Shown: positions 49,959 through 60,127 of the stretch, piece after piece
How positions within the stretch are numbered: position 1 is the first letter of the stretch
How the letters are laid out: each line of letters opens with the position of its first letter
Source of the DNA: Patescibacteria group bacterium
GTDB lineage: Bacteria; Patescibacteriota; Microgenomatia; UBA1400; PJMF01
DNA: 64,000 nucleotides
Assembly (NCBI GenBank): GCA_016861085.1
Contig: BOKR01000001.1
Location: 323,271-387,270 of the forward strand
Direction: 5' to 3'
Program-made: the position numbers and the translations under genes
Notes under the pieces: generated by a model
Told to the model about the DNA's origin: nothing
Databases searched by the model: none
What the model saw: only the letters and a program-made list of their open reading frames with translations

Positions 49959-51913
49959 TTATTTCCAAGCAAGAAGATTCACCATCTTTCGTTCAAATTC
50001 TGTGTAAAGTCTTGGAAATTCTCGGGAAATAGCCTGTATTTGTAAACTATTTTTGAGGCGATACTGCTCGTGTTCAGAGATAATTGTTTTAACAATCTGC
50101 TTTATTTGTTTATTATCTGTGAGTTCAATGATGTGTTCGAGGTAGGTTATAACTTCGCCACTTGCGAGTATTCTTGCTTGTAGCATTGCTAGTCTATTCA
50201 AAATAATTGTTTTTCTTTGGTTTTCTAGATAGACAGAAAAAATGGGAGCAATTGTAATTTTATTTGCAATCTTTTTGACTGTTTTATAAAAGTTTTCTTT
50301 ACTTGGCAGCCTCCCACCAGATTGGTATCCTCGACCAAAATATAAACTTGGGTATTCTAGTGCATCAAGCTGAAGATCTATCTCACTCTGAAATTCAAAG
50401 AAAACAGCTTCATTAATATGCTGCTCAATAAAAAGTTTTTCAACAATTTTTCTTTCTATTTGTAGCGCTTCAAAACGGAGGCTATTTTCAAAGTCTTTTG
50501 GTAAAGCAAGCTCTTGAAGCATGCTCTTTTGTTTCATTTCCTCTTGGTATAAGTTTCTGAGAACATCTTTAATTACTGTTGTTGAAAATTCATCTTTAGG
50601 AAGTGATGATACTTTTTCTCGCGCTTTCTGAATAGAAAATATGTTGGCTTCAGCCTCCATAATTTTTTCTTCCTTTTTTGGTATATGTAACTTTAATAGA
50701 AACAGTAATTTTTTGATTGTGAGCCCATTTACTAAAAGCGTAAACAAAAAAGTTGCTAGAGTGAACACTAAGAACTGTTCTTTATATTGATATGAGTCTG
50801 GAAGGGAATACACCAAAACGAGCGGAATAACACCTCTGAGTCCCCCCCAGTTCAAAATATGTTGCCACGTAATTGGAATATTTGGCTCATCTTTAAAAAA
50901 GGAGAGCTTATTTGTTAGTGCTACAGTGACATAAATTGAGATCGCTCGGGCAAGAAGTACACTTACTACAGCATAAACAGTGATTACTGGATGACTAAAA
51001 AGCAACTCTACATCAAGATCAAAAGTTGTAAAGAAAAACACTAAAGATATGGAGAGAAAACCAAGGTATCCCCAAAATTTTTCCATAAAATGAATCACTG
51101 AGCTTGAAATTTTGGTTCTGCCCAAATTTCCCATTGTGATACCAGCTGCAACTGTTGAGATGACGCCAGATAAATGAAAGTAGTGTTCGGCCACAAGAAA
51201 TGAAATAAATGTTAACGCAACAGTCATTGTGGTTTCAATCAACTCGTCATTCTCAATTTTCGCAATAAAGAGCGATGTTAAGTATGCAAGGCCAAAACCT
51301 AAAAATAAGCTCCCTACAAAGACATAGGAAAAGTCTGCAATGCCTTTAAAAATTTCAGATGTTGAGAAAACTTTTTCAGCTATTACAAATCCAGCTAGAA
51401 GTTTGAATGCTATAACTGCAGTTGCATCGTTGAACATGCTTTCACCTTCGGCAACAAGTGACAATCTTTTTGGAGCACCAAGCTCTTTAAATATTGCCAA
51501 GACTGCAATCGGGTCAGTTGCTGATATGAGTGATCCAAAAAGTAAACCGTTCCAAAATCCAAGTCCAATTAAGGTGCTTAATAAACCAGCAACTGTTGCA
51601 GTAGCAACCAATAATCCGAATGTGGCAAGGAAGGTAATGGTTTTGAATTGAAGTTTAAATTGATGAAAATTAATATGAAATGCTGACTCGTACAAAAGTA
51701 TGGGTAATAGTATAAAATAAATAATTTCTGAAGAAACTTCAAAATGTGTTTCTAGGTTAAAATGTTTAAAAATAATTTGAAGTAATAATCCTCCAATAAG
51801 AAGTGCAACGGTGTATGGAAACTTAATTTTCTTAGTTATGCTCAGAATGACCGCAGTAACGACTAGAAAAAACCAATGAATATAATGCTGAGTATCAAGT
51901 TTTCCGAATGCAT
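49959..51913 (-). CDS. CPA1 Na+/H+ antiporter (NhaP-like), frameshift near the 5' end
   Basis: SATDPIAV, EGESMFND and WGGLRG. The likely start MHSENL.. at 51913 joins the main frame if one T is added to the run at 51867-51872. Confidence 0.88.
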
Positions 51914-52019
51914 ACAACAGAAGTATTTTACAGTTTTTTTTCCTCTGAATCAAAAGAATATTACGTATGTAATAAGTGTGTATTATAAAGAAGATTGGAC
52001 GTTTGAAAATACTCAAAAG

Positions 52020-53567
52020 TTAAGAAATGCCAACCAATTCTTTTAGTTGTGTGATTTTATTCAAATTAAATTCAAGTACATCGTTTGCTTTGTAGCAGTG
52101 CCCAACAAGTAAATGAGCTTCAGTATCAAGTTCATATGGTTTTATAGTTCTTTTATCTTTGTTTTCATCAATAAACATCAGGAGGTTGCCTTCATCAATT
52201 GCTTTAGAAATTATGGTTTGAATTGCTATAAGCTCATCTTTTTGACCTAATTCACCCTGAGTGAGATATTTAAACGTTGTCAGAAACGTGTTGATATGTG
52301 GGTCAATAATGATAAATTCTTTTTCAAATGGTTTGGTCAATACAATCCCGTTTAGGCTTGTGCAACGAGATAGAGCTACGTACGCCTGTCCATGAGCAAA
52401 TGTGCCCCATCCAAAATCAATGATGACATTTTCAAACGTTTTTCCTTGGCTTTTATGGATTGTAATTGCCCAAGCGAGGGTCAGTGGATATTGTGTGTAT
52501 GAGCCAACAACTTGTGTTTGGAGTTTATCGGTAGCAGGGTTGTAGTCAAGTTTAAACATCTCCCAGGTATGGGGTTCAACACTAACTTCAGTTCCGTCTT
52601 CGAGTTCGACAATAATGACATCAGAACTCCCTTTTGAACCCTGAACAACCTTAGAAATTTTTCCTAGCGAGCCATTCACCCAGCGCCCTTTTTTATCGTT
52701 TGCAACCATCATGATTTGAGCACCAGCTTTGAGTTCTAAAGTAGCGGTAGTTGGGAGGTATTTAGCATCAAAGGTTCCATCAGCTTTTCCTTCGTAGATA
52801 TATCGCTCGTTAAATAATTTGTTGAGGTGGTATTCGTTGATCTTTTTTGCAGCTTTGTTTGTTGTGGTGAGGGTTATAAAAAATCGGTTACTGGGAGTTT
52901 CAAACTGTGGGTCAAATCTTGCGTTGAGTTTGTCCAAGTGTGAGCTAGTGACGCTGTTTTCTCTCATCGCAGCTAGAATTTCGATAAATTCTTGGTCACT
53001 TTGCCGGTGAATTTTTGTCAGCTCTATAAAATGGAGATCTAGTTCTTCAAATACATTCGAAGAGAAAAAATAGGGGGTTTTGTAATAATCGGAAAAAATA
53101 TTCTTTTCATTTTCAGTTACTACTGGAGGTAGTTGGTGTAAGTCTCCAATGAAAATCATTCGTACACCACCAAATGGCTCATTTTCATTTTTAGCATGCA
53201 TTCTTAAAAATTGATCGATACAATCAAGAAGATCTGCCCGAACCATGGAGATTTCGTCTATTACAATAGTATCCAGTTTTTTGAATAATCCTTTTTTGTC
53301 TTTTCTTCTATAAAATGTATGAATTTTTTGAACAGTAACATCGGGTCTAAATCCAAAAAATGAGTGAATCGTTTGTCCCTTAACATTAAGTGCCGCAACT
53401 CCCGTGGGGGCTAGAACGGCGATTGTTTGTTTTGTAATTGATCGCCAGTACTCAAGTAACGTTGATTTTCCTGTTCCGGCATTGCCTGTCAAAAAGATAT
53501 GCTTTTTGGATGATTCTAAATCTTGAAGTGTCTGCTGAGTGTTTGGATCAAGTTTGGGTTTTTGCAT
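52020..53567 (-). CDS. Pif1-family helicase with C-terminal WYL-like domain
   Basis: TGNAGTGKS, APTGVAA, DEISMV, GDLHQLPPV, TIHKSQG and YVALSR. C-terminal AI....R.IKPY.L....L.G.C......F.L.KI. Confidence 0.9.
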   Translation of the reverse strand: MQKPKLDPNTQQTLQDLESSKKHIFLTGNAGTGKSTLLEYWRSITKQTIAVLAPTGVAALNVKGQTIHSFFGFRPDVTVQKIHTFYRRKDKKGLFKKLDTIVIDEISMVRADLLDCIDQFLRMHAKNENEPFGGVRMIFIGDLHQLPPVVTENEKNIFSDYYKTPYFFSSNVFEELDLHFIELTKIHRQSDQEFIEILAAMRENSVTSSHLDKLNARFDPQFETPSNRFFITLTTTNKAAKKINEYHLNKLFNERYIYEGKADGTFDAKYLPTTATLELKAGAQIMMVANDKKGRWVNGSLGKISKVVQGSKGSSDVIIVELEDGTEVSVEPHTWEMFKLDYNPATDKLQTQVVGSYTQYPLTLAWAITIHKSQGKTFENVIIDFGWGTFAHGQAYVALSRCTSLNGIVLTKPFEKEFIIIDPHINTFLTTFKYLTQGELGQKDELIAIQTIISKAIDEGNLLMFIDENKDKRTIKPYELDTEAHLLVGHCYKANDVLEFNLNKITQLKELVGIS

Positions 53568-53605
53568 GGAGACTTCATTGTACTATTTTTGTTACAATAC
53601 GGTGC

Positions 53606-54085
53606 ATGCAAAAAGTTACCAAAACAATTCCGTTTACAACGCAAAAATACAAAGAGATGCAACAGAAAGTCGCCCAGCTTGAGTCTGAGCTCGAGCAAGT
53701 TATGCAACGCCTCATTGAAGCTCGCGCCATGGGTGACCTCTCAGAAAATGGTGCATATAAATATGCTAAGTTTGAACTCGGCAATATTTCTCGACAGTTA
53801 AAGAGGTATAAGAATTTACTAGCCAAAGGGTTTCCTGCTCCCAAAAATACAGGTGTTAAAGGAACAATAGATTTTGGAAGTACGGTAACTATAGAAAAAG
53901 TTGATGCAACAAGAAAACAGAAGACTTTTATGATTGTGAGCGAACATGAATCAGATCCTTCGCAAGGAAAACTTGCCTATTCTAGTCCAATAGGGAAAGA
54001 ATTAATGAGAAAAAGAATCGGAGATCGTATAACAGTTGTTACTCCTGCAGGTGAGTCTAAATTTACTATTATAAACATATCTTAA
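53606..54085 (+). CDS. Second GreA/GreB-family factor
   Basis: GDLSENGAY, FGSTV and SSPIGKEL. Confidence 0.9.
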   Translation: MQKVTKTIPFTTQKYKEMQQKVAQLESELEQVMQRLIEARAMGDLSENGAYKYAKFELGNISRQLKRYKNLLAKGFPAPKNTGVKGTIDFGSTVTIEKVDATRKQKTFMIVSEHESDPSQGKLAYSSPIGKELMRKRIGDRITVVTPAGESKFTIINIS

Positions 54086-54252
54086 TTACAATTCAATGGT
54101 GTCAAAAATTCAGAGCTGACCTTACAATCCGGGTTGTTATACATAGTAGTGGGCCATGCCTTAGAAAGGTTCTATGTCACTACAAAAAAACATTATTGAA
54201 TCCTATGTCCGGACTGAAGCTCATCCTTCAGTAAAAGAGGACGGCTTTATTT

Positions 54253-54969
54253 ATGGGGTTCCTCCCTTACGAGAATTTAATTAAACTTGCAGTTGAGATG
54301 AATAAAATGAGAGATGCTGAAAAAAAGTCGCATAGGCTTGATCAAGCATATCTACGATGGCAGCGAGTAAGAATGAGAGGCATACCATTAAATGGTAATA
54401 GTGCTTCGAATCTAACTACATTTAAAACTGGTTTTGAAGGGTACTTTGTTAATAAAGTCAGATCATCAGACGAATTACTAACTGAGTTATTAAATATCGG
54501 TAAAGATATTTGGGCAAATATTAGGCGTTTGCATAAAATGAATCCAATGAAAATTCAGGAATTAAAAAAGACCATTTTAAGTAATGATCAGTATACATTG
54601 GCTTCTGTAGCAGAATGGTCTGGAATTCTAGGTGCACAAATAGGAAGACTCAGAGTAAATGTTTTACATAACCCTACTGCATTGGCTTTTCAATCTGAAA
54701 CGAGACAGGCAGTTGCCGGATTGCCCAAAATTGAATATACTCTAGATCGTGGTGGTCCTGTTGCGCAAAGGTATAAACTCCCAGAGATATCTGGGTCAAC
54801 AATTGCGACATTTAATGGTCTTACTGATGAACAAAAGTTATATTGGGCAACGGTTTTAAATTTAGGCAAGTTTGGACATCCATTGGTTAGAGCTGCATTA
54901 GAGGAACTATATAAATATTCTGACAGTTCTCAGTTTGGGTCATACGGTGGGTTAAAAAGGAGGATATGA
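54253..54969 (+). CDS. Hypothetical protein
   Basis: 238-aa ORF that overlaps the malic enzyme start (ATGA). Confidence 0.6.
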   Translation: MGFLPYENLIKLAVEMNKMRDAEKKSHRLDQAYLRWQRVRMRGIPLNGNSASNLTTFKTGFEGYFVNKVRSSDELLTELLNIGKDIWANIRRLHKMNPMKIQELKKTILSNDQYTLASVAEWSGILGAQIGRLRVNVLHNPTALAFQSETRQAVAGLPKIEYTLDRGGPVAQRYKLPEISGSTIATFNGLTDEQKLYWATVLNLGKFGHPLVRAALEELYKYSDSSQFGSYGGLKRRI

Positions 54970-56156
54970 ACGATATCGCACAACAATCAATAGCATTACA
55001 CAAAGAACAGCAAGGGAAACTTGCGGTTGTTTCTAAAGTAAAAATTGAAGATTCACATGATCTATCACTTGCTTATACTCCAGGAGTTGGCGCAGTATCG
55101 AAAGCTATTGCAAAGAATGAAGCTCTGTCTCGAGAGATGACTCTGAATGGACGAACTGTGGCGATTATTTCAGATGGAACTGCAGTGTTAGGGTTAGGTG
55201 ATATTGGGCCTTATGCCGCCTTGCCAGTCATGGAAGGCAAAGCATTACTAATCAAGCAGTTTGCAGGTCTTGATTCTTTTCCGCTGGTACTTAATACGAA
55301 AGATCCAGCAGAAATCATTAAGTTTGTAAGATATGTTGCACCAACATTCTCTGCAGTTAATTTAGAGGATATTAAAGCACCACAATGTTTTCAGGTTGAA
55401 GAAGCTTTGCAAGACTTGGGTATCCCCGTATTCCACGATGATCAACATGGGACTGCAGTGGTGGTAGCTGCAGCATTAAGAAATGCTGCGAAAGTCGTTG
55501 AGAAACCATACAATGGTTTAAGAGTTGGTATCATTGGTGCTGGAGCGGCTGGTCTTGCTATTGCTAAGATGCTACTAGGTGCAAGTTGTCATGCTAATAG
55601 TTGTTCTTTTGTTGATATGTTGCCAAGAGTTGGTGAAGTGGTTGTTTTTGATAGCCAAGGCGCTCTGTATAAGGGCAGGCCAGGTATGAATGTGTATAAG
55701 CAAGCTATCGCTGGGATTAGTAATAATGGTTCTTTACAAGGCTCACCTGAGCAAGTTTTGAAGGGTTTTGATGTTGTTATTGGTGTGTCAGGTCCAGGAA
55801 CTATCACTTCTGAATTAGTACGTGATTTGGCAGACAAGTCTATTGTTTTTGCTATGGCCAATCCTGATCCAGAGATTATGCCACAAGAGGCTAAAGCAGC
55901 AGGAGCGTATGTGATAGCAACTGGAAGAAGTGATTTTGCAAATCAAATTAATAATGTGTTGGCATTTCCGGCGATCTTTAAGATTGCTCATGAACTAAAG
56001 TTGAAGCAAATTACTCTAGAAGTGAAGATTGCTTTAGTTGAGGCATTGGCGTCATTAGTGCCCGATCCAAACCCTGAAGAAGTGATTGTCTCACCTTTTT
56101 ATCCACATCTGGTTGACGTGCTGACACAAAAAGTTATTGAAAAACTGAGAAGTTAA
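54966..56156 (+). CDS. NAD(P)-dependent malic enzyme
   Basis: AYTPGV, DGTAVLGLGD, EGKA, NLEDI, HDDQHGTA, GAGAAG and NQINNVLAFP. Confidence 0.95.
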   Translation: MNDIAQQSIALHKEQQGKLAVVSKVKIEDSHDLSLAYTPGVGAVSKAIAKNEALSREMTLNGRTVAIISDGTAVLGLGDIGPYAALPVMEGKALLIKQFAGLDSFPLVLNTKDPAEIIKFVRYVAPTFSAVNLEDIKAPQCFQVEEALQDLGIPVFHDDQHGTAVVVAAALRNAAKVVEKPYNGLRVGIIGAGAAGLAIAKMLLGASCHANSCSFVDMLPRVGEVVVFDSQGALYKGRPGMNVYKQAIAGISNNGSLQGSPEQVLKGFDVVIGVSGPGTITSELVRDLADKSIVFAMANPDPEIMPQEAKAAGAYVIATGRSDFANQINNVLAFPAIFKIAHELKLKQITLEVKIALVEALASLVPDPNPEEVIVSPFYPHLVDVLTQKVIEKLRS

Positions 56157-57300
56157 TTTTAATAACTTTATCGTCATTCTGTTTGATAGCACCCCTACCA
56201 TCTTTGTTGCTGGTTGAAATGTACAGCCATTTTTTGTCTGGGCTAACAGTTACAGCGCGGAGTCTACCAAACTCTTTGTCAAAATGTTTTTTAAAGTTGA
56301 TAAGCTTTTTGCCAGATATTTTTGCACTATATAAACCTTCACCGCGAAGTCCTGTGAAATAAAGTGTATCTTCATGAATTGCTAATCCAGCTGGTGCCCA
56401 AGTAGTTTTTGAGCCAGACTGGAGAACAGGCGTGACCATGCCATTCTTTGTTTTTGTCCCGGTGATAGTTGGCCACCCGTAGTTTTTGCCCATTTCAATA
56501 AGATTAACTTCATCTAACCCTGTTGTGGTTCCAGAAGGACCATGCTCGGTCTCCCAGAGGTTCCCATTTGAATCCCAGGCAATTCCTTGTGGGTTTCTGT
56601 GACCATAACTATATACGGGGTTCATAAATGGATTACCAGGAGCGGCTTTTCCTTCATCTGTTATTCGCAAGATTTTTCCTGCAAGTGTACTGGTATTTTG
56701 TGCTGAAGCAGAGGTGCCAGCATCACCAGTTGTGATGTATAGATATCCGTCTGGTCCAAACGCCATTCTTCCGCCATCATGGAATACTGCTCCAGGAATA
56801 TTCTCAATGATAACCACTCTATTATTAAGTGTATTGTTTCTTTCATCTAAGGTGTAACGCTCTACCCTGTTTTTTAATCCTGATTTTGTTTCTGAGGTCA
56901 AATAAAGATAAATCCAGTTATTTTCATCGTAGTTTGGATGCAATACTACACCCAAGAGACCACCTTCACCAATATGCTCAACTCCTGATACAGGAATAGA
57001 CTGTTTTGAGTTTTCTTGAATGTGAAGCAGTGTTCCTGGGCGTTGTGTTACTAATAAACTATTATCAGGAAGAAAAGCAATCTCCCAAGGTATTTCAAGT
57101 CGATCTGCTATGACTTGGATTGGTTCTTCCATTGTTGTGCTTTCACCTTTGGTATTTTCTTCATTAGCTGTTTCTTGAATGCTCGCACCTTGCGTTGTTT
57201 GGTTTCCAACAGTGGTTGGATTTGCCATGTAGCGGATTGTTATTGCGAGTAAAATCAGAAACACAACTAGACTGAGTACGAGTATTTTTTGTTTAGTCAT
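56134..57300 (-). CDS. PQQ-dependent sugar dehydrogenase (GdhB/YliI-like beta-propeller)
   Basis: GEGGLLG, HDGGR..FGPDG.LY..GD, GHRNPQG, EHGP and NYGWP. Confidence 0.92.
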   Translation of the reverse strand: MTKQKILVLSLVVFLILLAITIRYMANPTTVGNQTTQGASIQETANEENTKGESTTMEEPIQVIADRLEIPWEIAFLPDNSLLVTQRPGTLLHIQENSKQSIPVSGVEHIGEGGLLGVVLHPNYDENNWIYLYLTSETKSGLKNRVERYTLDERNNTLNNRVVIIENIPGAVFHDGGRMAFGPDGYLYITTGDAGTSASAQNTSTLAGKILRITDEGKAAPGNPFMNPVYSYGHRNPQGIAWDSNGNLWETEHGPSGTTTGLDEVNLIEMGKNYGWPTITGTKTKNGMVTPVLQSGSKTTWAPAGLAIHEDTLYFTGLRGEGLYSAKISGKKLINFKKHFDKEFGRLRAVTVSPDKKWLYISTSNKDGRGAIKQNDDKVIKINFSVFQ

Positions 57301-57337
57301 ATACATCAGTATATTTTAAATCATTTAATGATGCAAT

Positions 57338-58024
57338 CTATGTTTCAATAATTGCTGAAACAGTTGGAAGGATGGTGTCTCGGGTGACAACGTGCCACTG
57401 GTTTTTTTCTGCTGTTTTAATGACTTCAGATTCTTTTGGTTCTAATACAAATGCGTGATCAACTACTTTTAGCAGATCTAAATCACCTGACGAATCTCCA
57501 AAACCAAGTGATAGTAAATCAATAGTTCCAATCTCTAATTGTTTGACAATTTCTGCTTTTGCCTCTTCATTGAGTAGCTTGAGGACTTTTCCAGTGTAGA
57601 TACCGTCCTTTGTTTCTATTTGAGATGAAAAACTTTGTACTCCAAGTTCATTAGCAATATGAGAAACGACTGGTTCAACAGTTGCAGAAACAATATAGAT
57701 TTCAAAACTATTTTTTTTTAGTTTTTCTAATAGTTGTGGTGCAAACGGAAATATTTTTTCGATGTTAAAGAAATGAAATTGCCACTCTTTTACTTCTGCA
57801 ACGGTTCTGCCTTTTAGAATTTCACCTGCCAAAGCGACTCCTTGAGCAGTAGCATCGTTATAGGAAATTGTTTGGTTTGTAAATTCATTGACAAGTTTTT
57901 TTGCAGCTTCAACATTTTTTTTTGAGGTTAAATTGTTGGGAATAACATAGTTGAGAATAAAATCGATCAAGGTATACCCGTTGTATAGGGTTTTATCTAA
58001 ATCAATCAGTGCAATTTTTCTCAT
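57338..58024 (-). CDS. HAD-IB hydrolase (SerB-like)
   Basis: DLDKTL, VSAT, a conserved Lys and GDSSGD. Confidence 0.88.
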   Translation of the reverse strand: MRKIALIDLDKTLYNGYTLIDFILNYVIPNNLTSKKNVEAAKKLVNEFTNQTISYNDATAQGVALAGEILKGRTVAEVKEWQFHFFNIEKIFPFAPQLLEKLKKNSFEIYIVSATVEPVVSHIANELGVQSFSSQIETKDGIYTGKVLKLLNEEAKAEIVKQLEIGTIDLLSLGFGDSSGDLDLLKVVDHAFVLEPKESEVIKTAEKNQWHVVTRDTILPTVSAIIET

Positions 58025-58096
58025 ACTTGTCATTCTAGCATAGGATATACTCAATACTCATTGTCTAATATTGATGCTTCTTGATACTATACAGGA

Positions 58097-59593
58097 ATGG
58101 ACATAAAAAAATTACCGTTTTCATCATTCCGTGATAAAGAACTTTGGGAGGCTTACATCAATGAAAAATTGGCCCCTTTTGAAAAAAAATTACCGGAATA
58201 TTTAAAGTATTGGTATGTTGAAAGCCAAGAAAACAGTAAAGCATATCCGAGTCAAGGTTTACTAAAGACGCCATTTGATTTCCTAAAATACAGACAAAGG
58301 GGTATGTTACCCCTCAAAGAAATGATGCATGTTTTGAGAGTGCGGCAGTATTTTTTGGAAATCTTCAACCATCCCGAGCGAATTGCTGCTTTGAAAAAAA
58401 TACAGCGAAAAAAGTTTGTGCCTCCTCCAAAAGTCTCAAGTACCGTTATGGAACAAACTATTTTTGAGGGTTTAGCAGTATCAATTTCAGACTTGGGGAT
58501 ACGAGTAGTTGGGTCTCAAAGAGAACGGGTTTCGCGAAGATTCAGACTTAACGCTGGCCCATTTGTCAAACTAGGAAAATATGCTCGCTCTGTCTTGGTT
58601 GGCTCTGCTATGCCAGATGTCTGGGGAAGTGTATATGCTATCTCAACAATGGCACAGTGCCTTGCACTTGTTGGGGTGCCTAGGAATGGTCCATTCAACG
58701 TTATAGAAAGACAAGTTGATCTAGCAAAACAGGTTTTTACTGCTTTAGAGGAAAGTGAAGTGCTTATTGGTCGCAGTTACTACGATAAAAAATTTCTCTT
58801 GGATTATTGGAAACATAACGTGATGGGAGTGCTTGATGCTGATCCTAAAAAAGCAATCATTAGAGGAAAAGCACTCTATAAAGTGGGAGTGAGAACTTTT
58901 AGAGTTTACTCACCAGAGCCGGGAATGTCAGTGGTTAGAACAGTTACTGCCCTTCGTAAAGAGTTTGGAGATGATATAGAAATTTTTGCTGGACAAGTTG
59001 TTGATGTGTTACAAGCTAAACAAATTGAACAAGCCGGTGCTGACGGTTTATATATTGGAATTGGAGGTGGTGGCAGGTGTATTACTGGTGTCCGCAGTGG
59101 TAGTGTCATTGATTGGCCGATTTTGCTGTGGGAGCTTCGCGGTGAAATCACCATTCCGGTTATTGTTGAAGGGGGAGCAAGCGACCATATTGCAACTTCA
59201 TTGGCACTGGGTGCATCTGGGATTGGTGTGTCCCGGGCAGTTGCAGGGGGAACTGTTGAGTCACCAGGAGGAATGCTCTACTACGTTGATGAAGCGGGTG
59301 AATACTTTAAACCGTATGGTGGTGAAGCATCTGCACGAACAAAATATTTGGATAACAAGATGCTGCCATTTGAAATGCCCTCTTTTGTTGAGGGCGAAAT
59401 TAAAAAAGCGTACATGAATCACTTGCCTTATGGTGTGCCAACAATTCCATTTCATGTTCACAATTTAACAGAGGATATTATTCTCTCATTGGTTTTCAGA
59501 AGTGTTGAAGATATTGAACAATTTCAAGCGCTTGATCCCTCACCAATCAGAAAAAATACTCCCCAAGGAACTTGGCAACAAAACACGCACTAG
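58097..59593 (+). CDS. Divergent IMPDH/GMP-reductase family protein
   Basis: SAMPDV, AG.V, AGADG, GIGGGGRCITG (catalytic Cys loop), IVEGG and LALGA. Confidence 0.75.
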   Translation: MDIKKLPFSSFRDKELWEAYINEKLAPFEKKLPEYLKYWYVESQENSKAYPSQGLLKTPFDFLKYRQRGMLPLKEMMHVLRVRQYFLEIFNHPERIAALKKIQRKKFVPPPKVSSTVMEQTIFEGLAVSISDLGIRVVGSQRERVSRRFRLNAGPFVKLGKYARSVLVGSAMPDVWGSVYAISTMAQCLALVGVPRNGPFNVIERQVDLAKQVFTALEESEVLIGRSYYDKKFLLDYWKHNVMGVLDADPKKAIIRGKALYKVGVRTFRVYSPEPGMSVVRTVTALRKEFGDDIEIFAGQVVDVLQAKQIEQAGADGLYIGIGGGGRCITGVRSGSVIDWPILLWELRGEITIPVIVEGGASDHIATSLALGASGIGVSRAVAGGTVESPGGMLYYVDEAGEYFKPYGGEASARTKYLDNKMLPFEMPSFVEGEIKKAYMNHLPYGVPTIPFHVHNLTEDIILSLVFRSVEDIEQFQALDPSPIRKNTPQGTWQQNTH

Positions 59594-59609
59594 AAGGACC
59601 AAGTTAAAA

Positions 59610-60110
59610 TTATTGCTTCAGTTTCTGCTTGAGCTCATCAATTTCTGATTTTAGTTCAGCCATTTTTAGTTCTCTATTAATCATCATTTCGTTCATGGCC
59701 TCTAATTCTTTTATGGTTTCCTGCATTTTTTGTTCAGAGGCATTTTGTTCAGAGACGTCTTGAATGAGGGCGAGCCAATGTGGTTCACCATGAATGAGAA
59801 TTCTTCTCAGAGAGAACAGTGATTCAAAAAAGCTACCATCTTTTTTCTTGAATTTAACTGGGTACTTATCAGTGAACCCTTTTTCCATTGTATTTTTCAA
59901 AATCGTATCCCTGTCTGTTGGGTCGTAGTATAGGTCTGCAACGCTATTAATTTTTTCGATATCTTCTGGGGTGAAACCGCTTATTTGAAGAAGCATTTTG
60001 TTATACATAAGCAATTTTCCCTGCATATTACTAATCCCCAGCCCAATGGGAGCTTGTTCAAAAAGTACCTGAGCTAAATTTGTGTCTTGTAGTAACTGAT
60101 TTTTTAGCAT
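59610..60110 (-). CDS. Stand-alone PAS-domain protein with coiled coil
   Basis: FEQAP.G, KKKDGS.F and QDVSE (PAC). C-terminal MINRELKMAELK. Confidence 0.85.
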   Translation of the reverse strand: MLKNQLLQDTNLAQVLFEQAPIGLGISNMQGKLLMYNKMLLQISGFTPEDIEKINSVADLYYDPTDRDTILKNTMEKGFTDKYPVKFKKKDGSFFESLFSLRRILIHGEPHWLALIQDVSEQNASEQKMQETIKELEAMNEMMINRELKMAELKSEIDELKQKLKQ

Positions 60111-60127
60111 ATTTTGTGTTTTCTTTT

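Noticed and set aside
54205-54245. Hammerhead ribozyme
   Set aside because: The CUGAnGA and GAAA core motifs are not present in the required arrangement on either strand.
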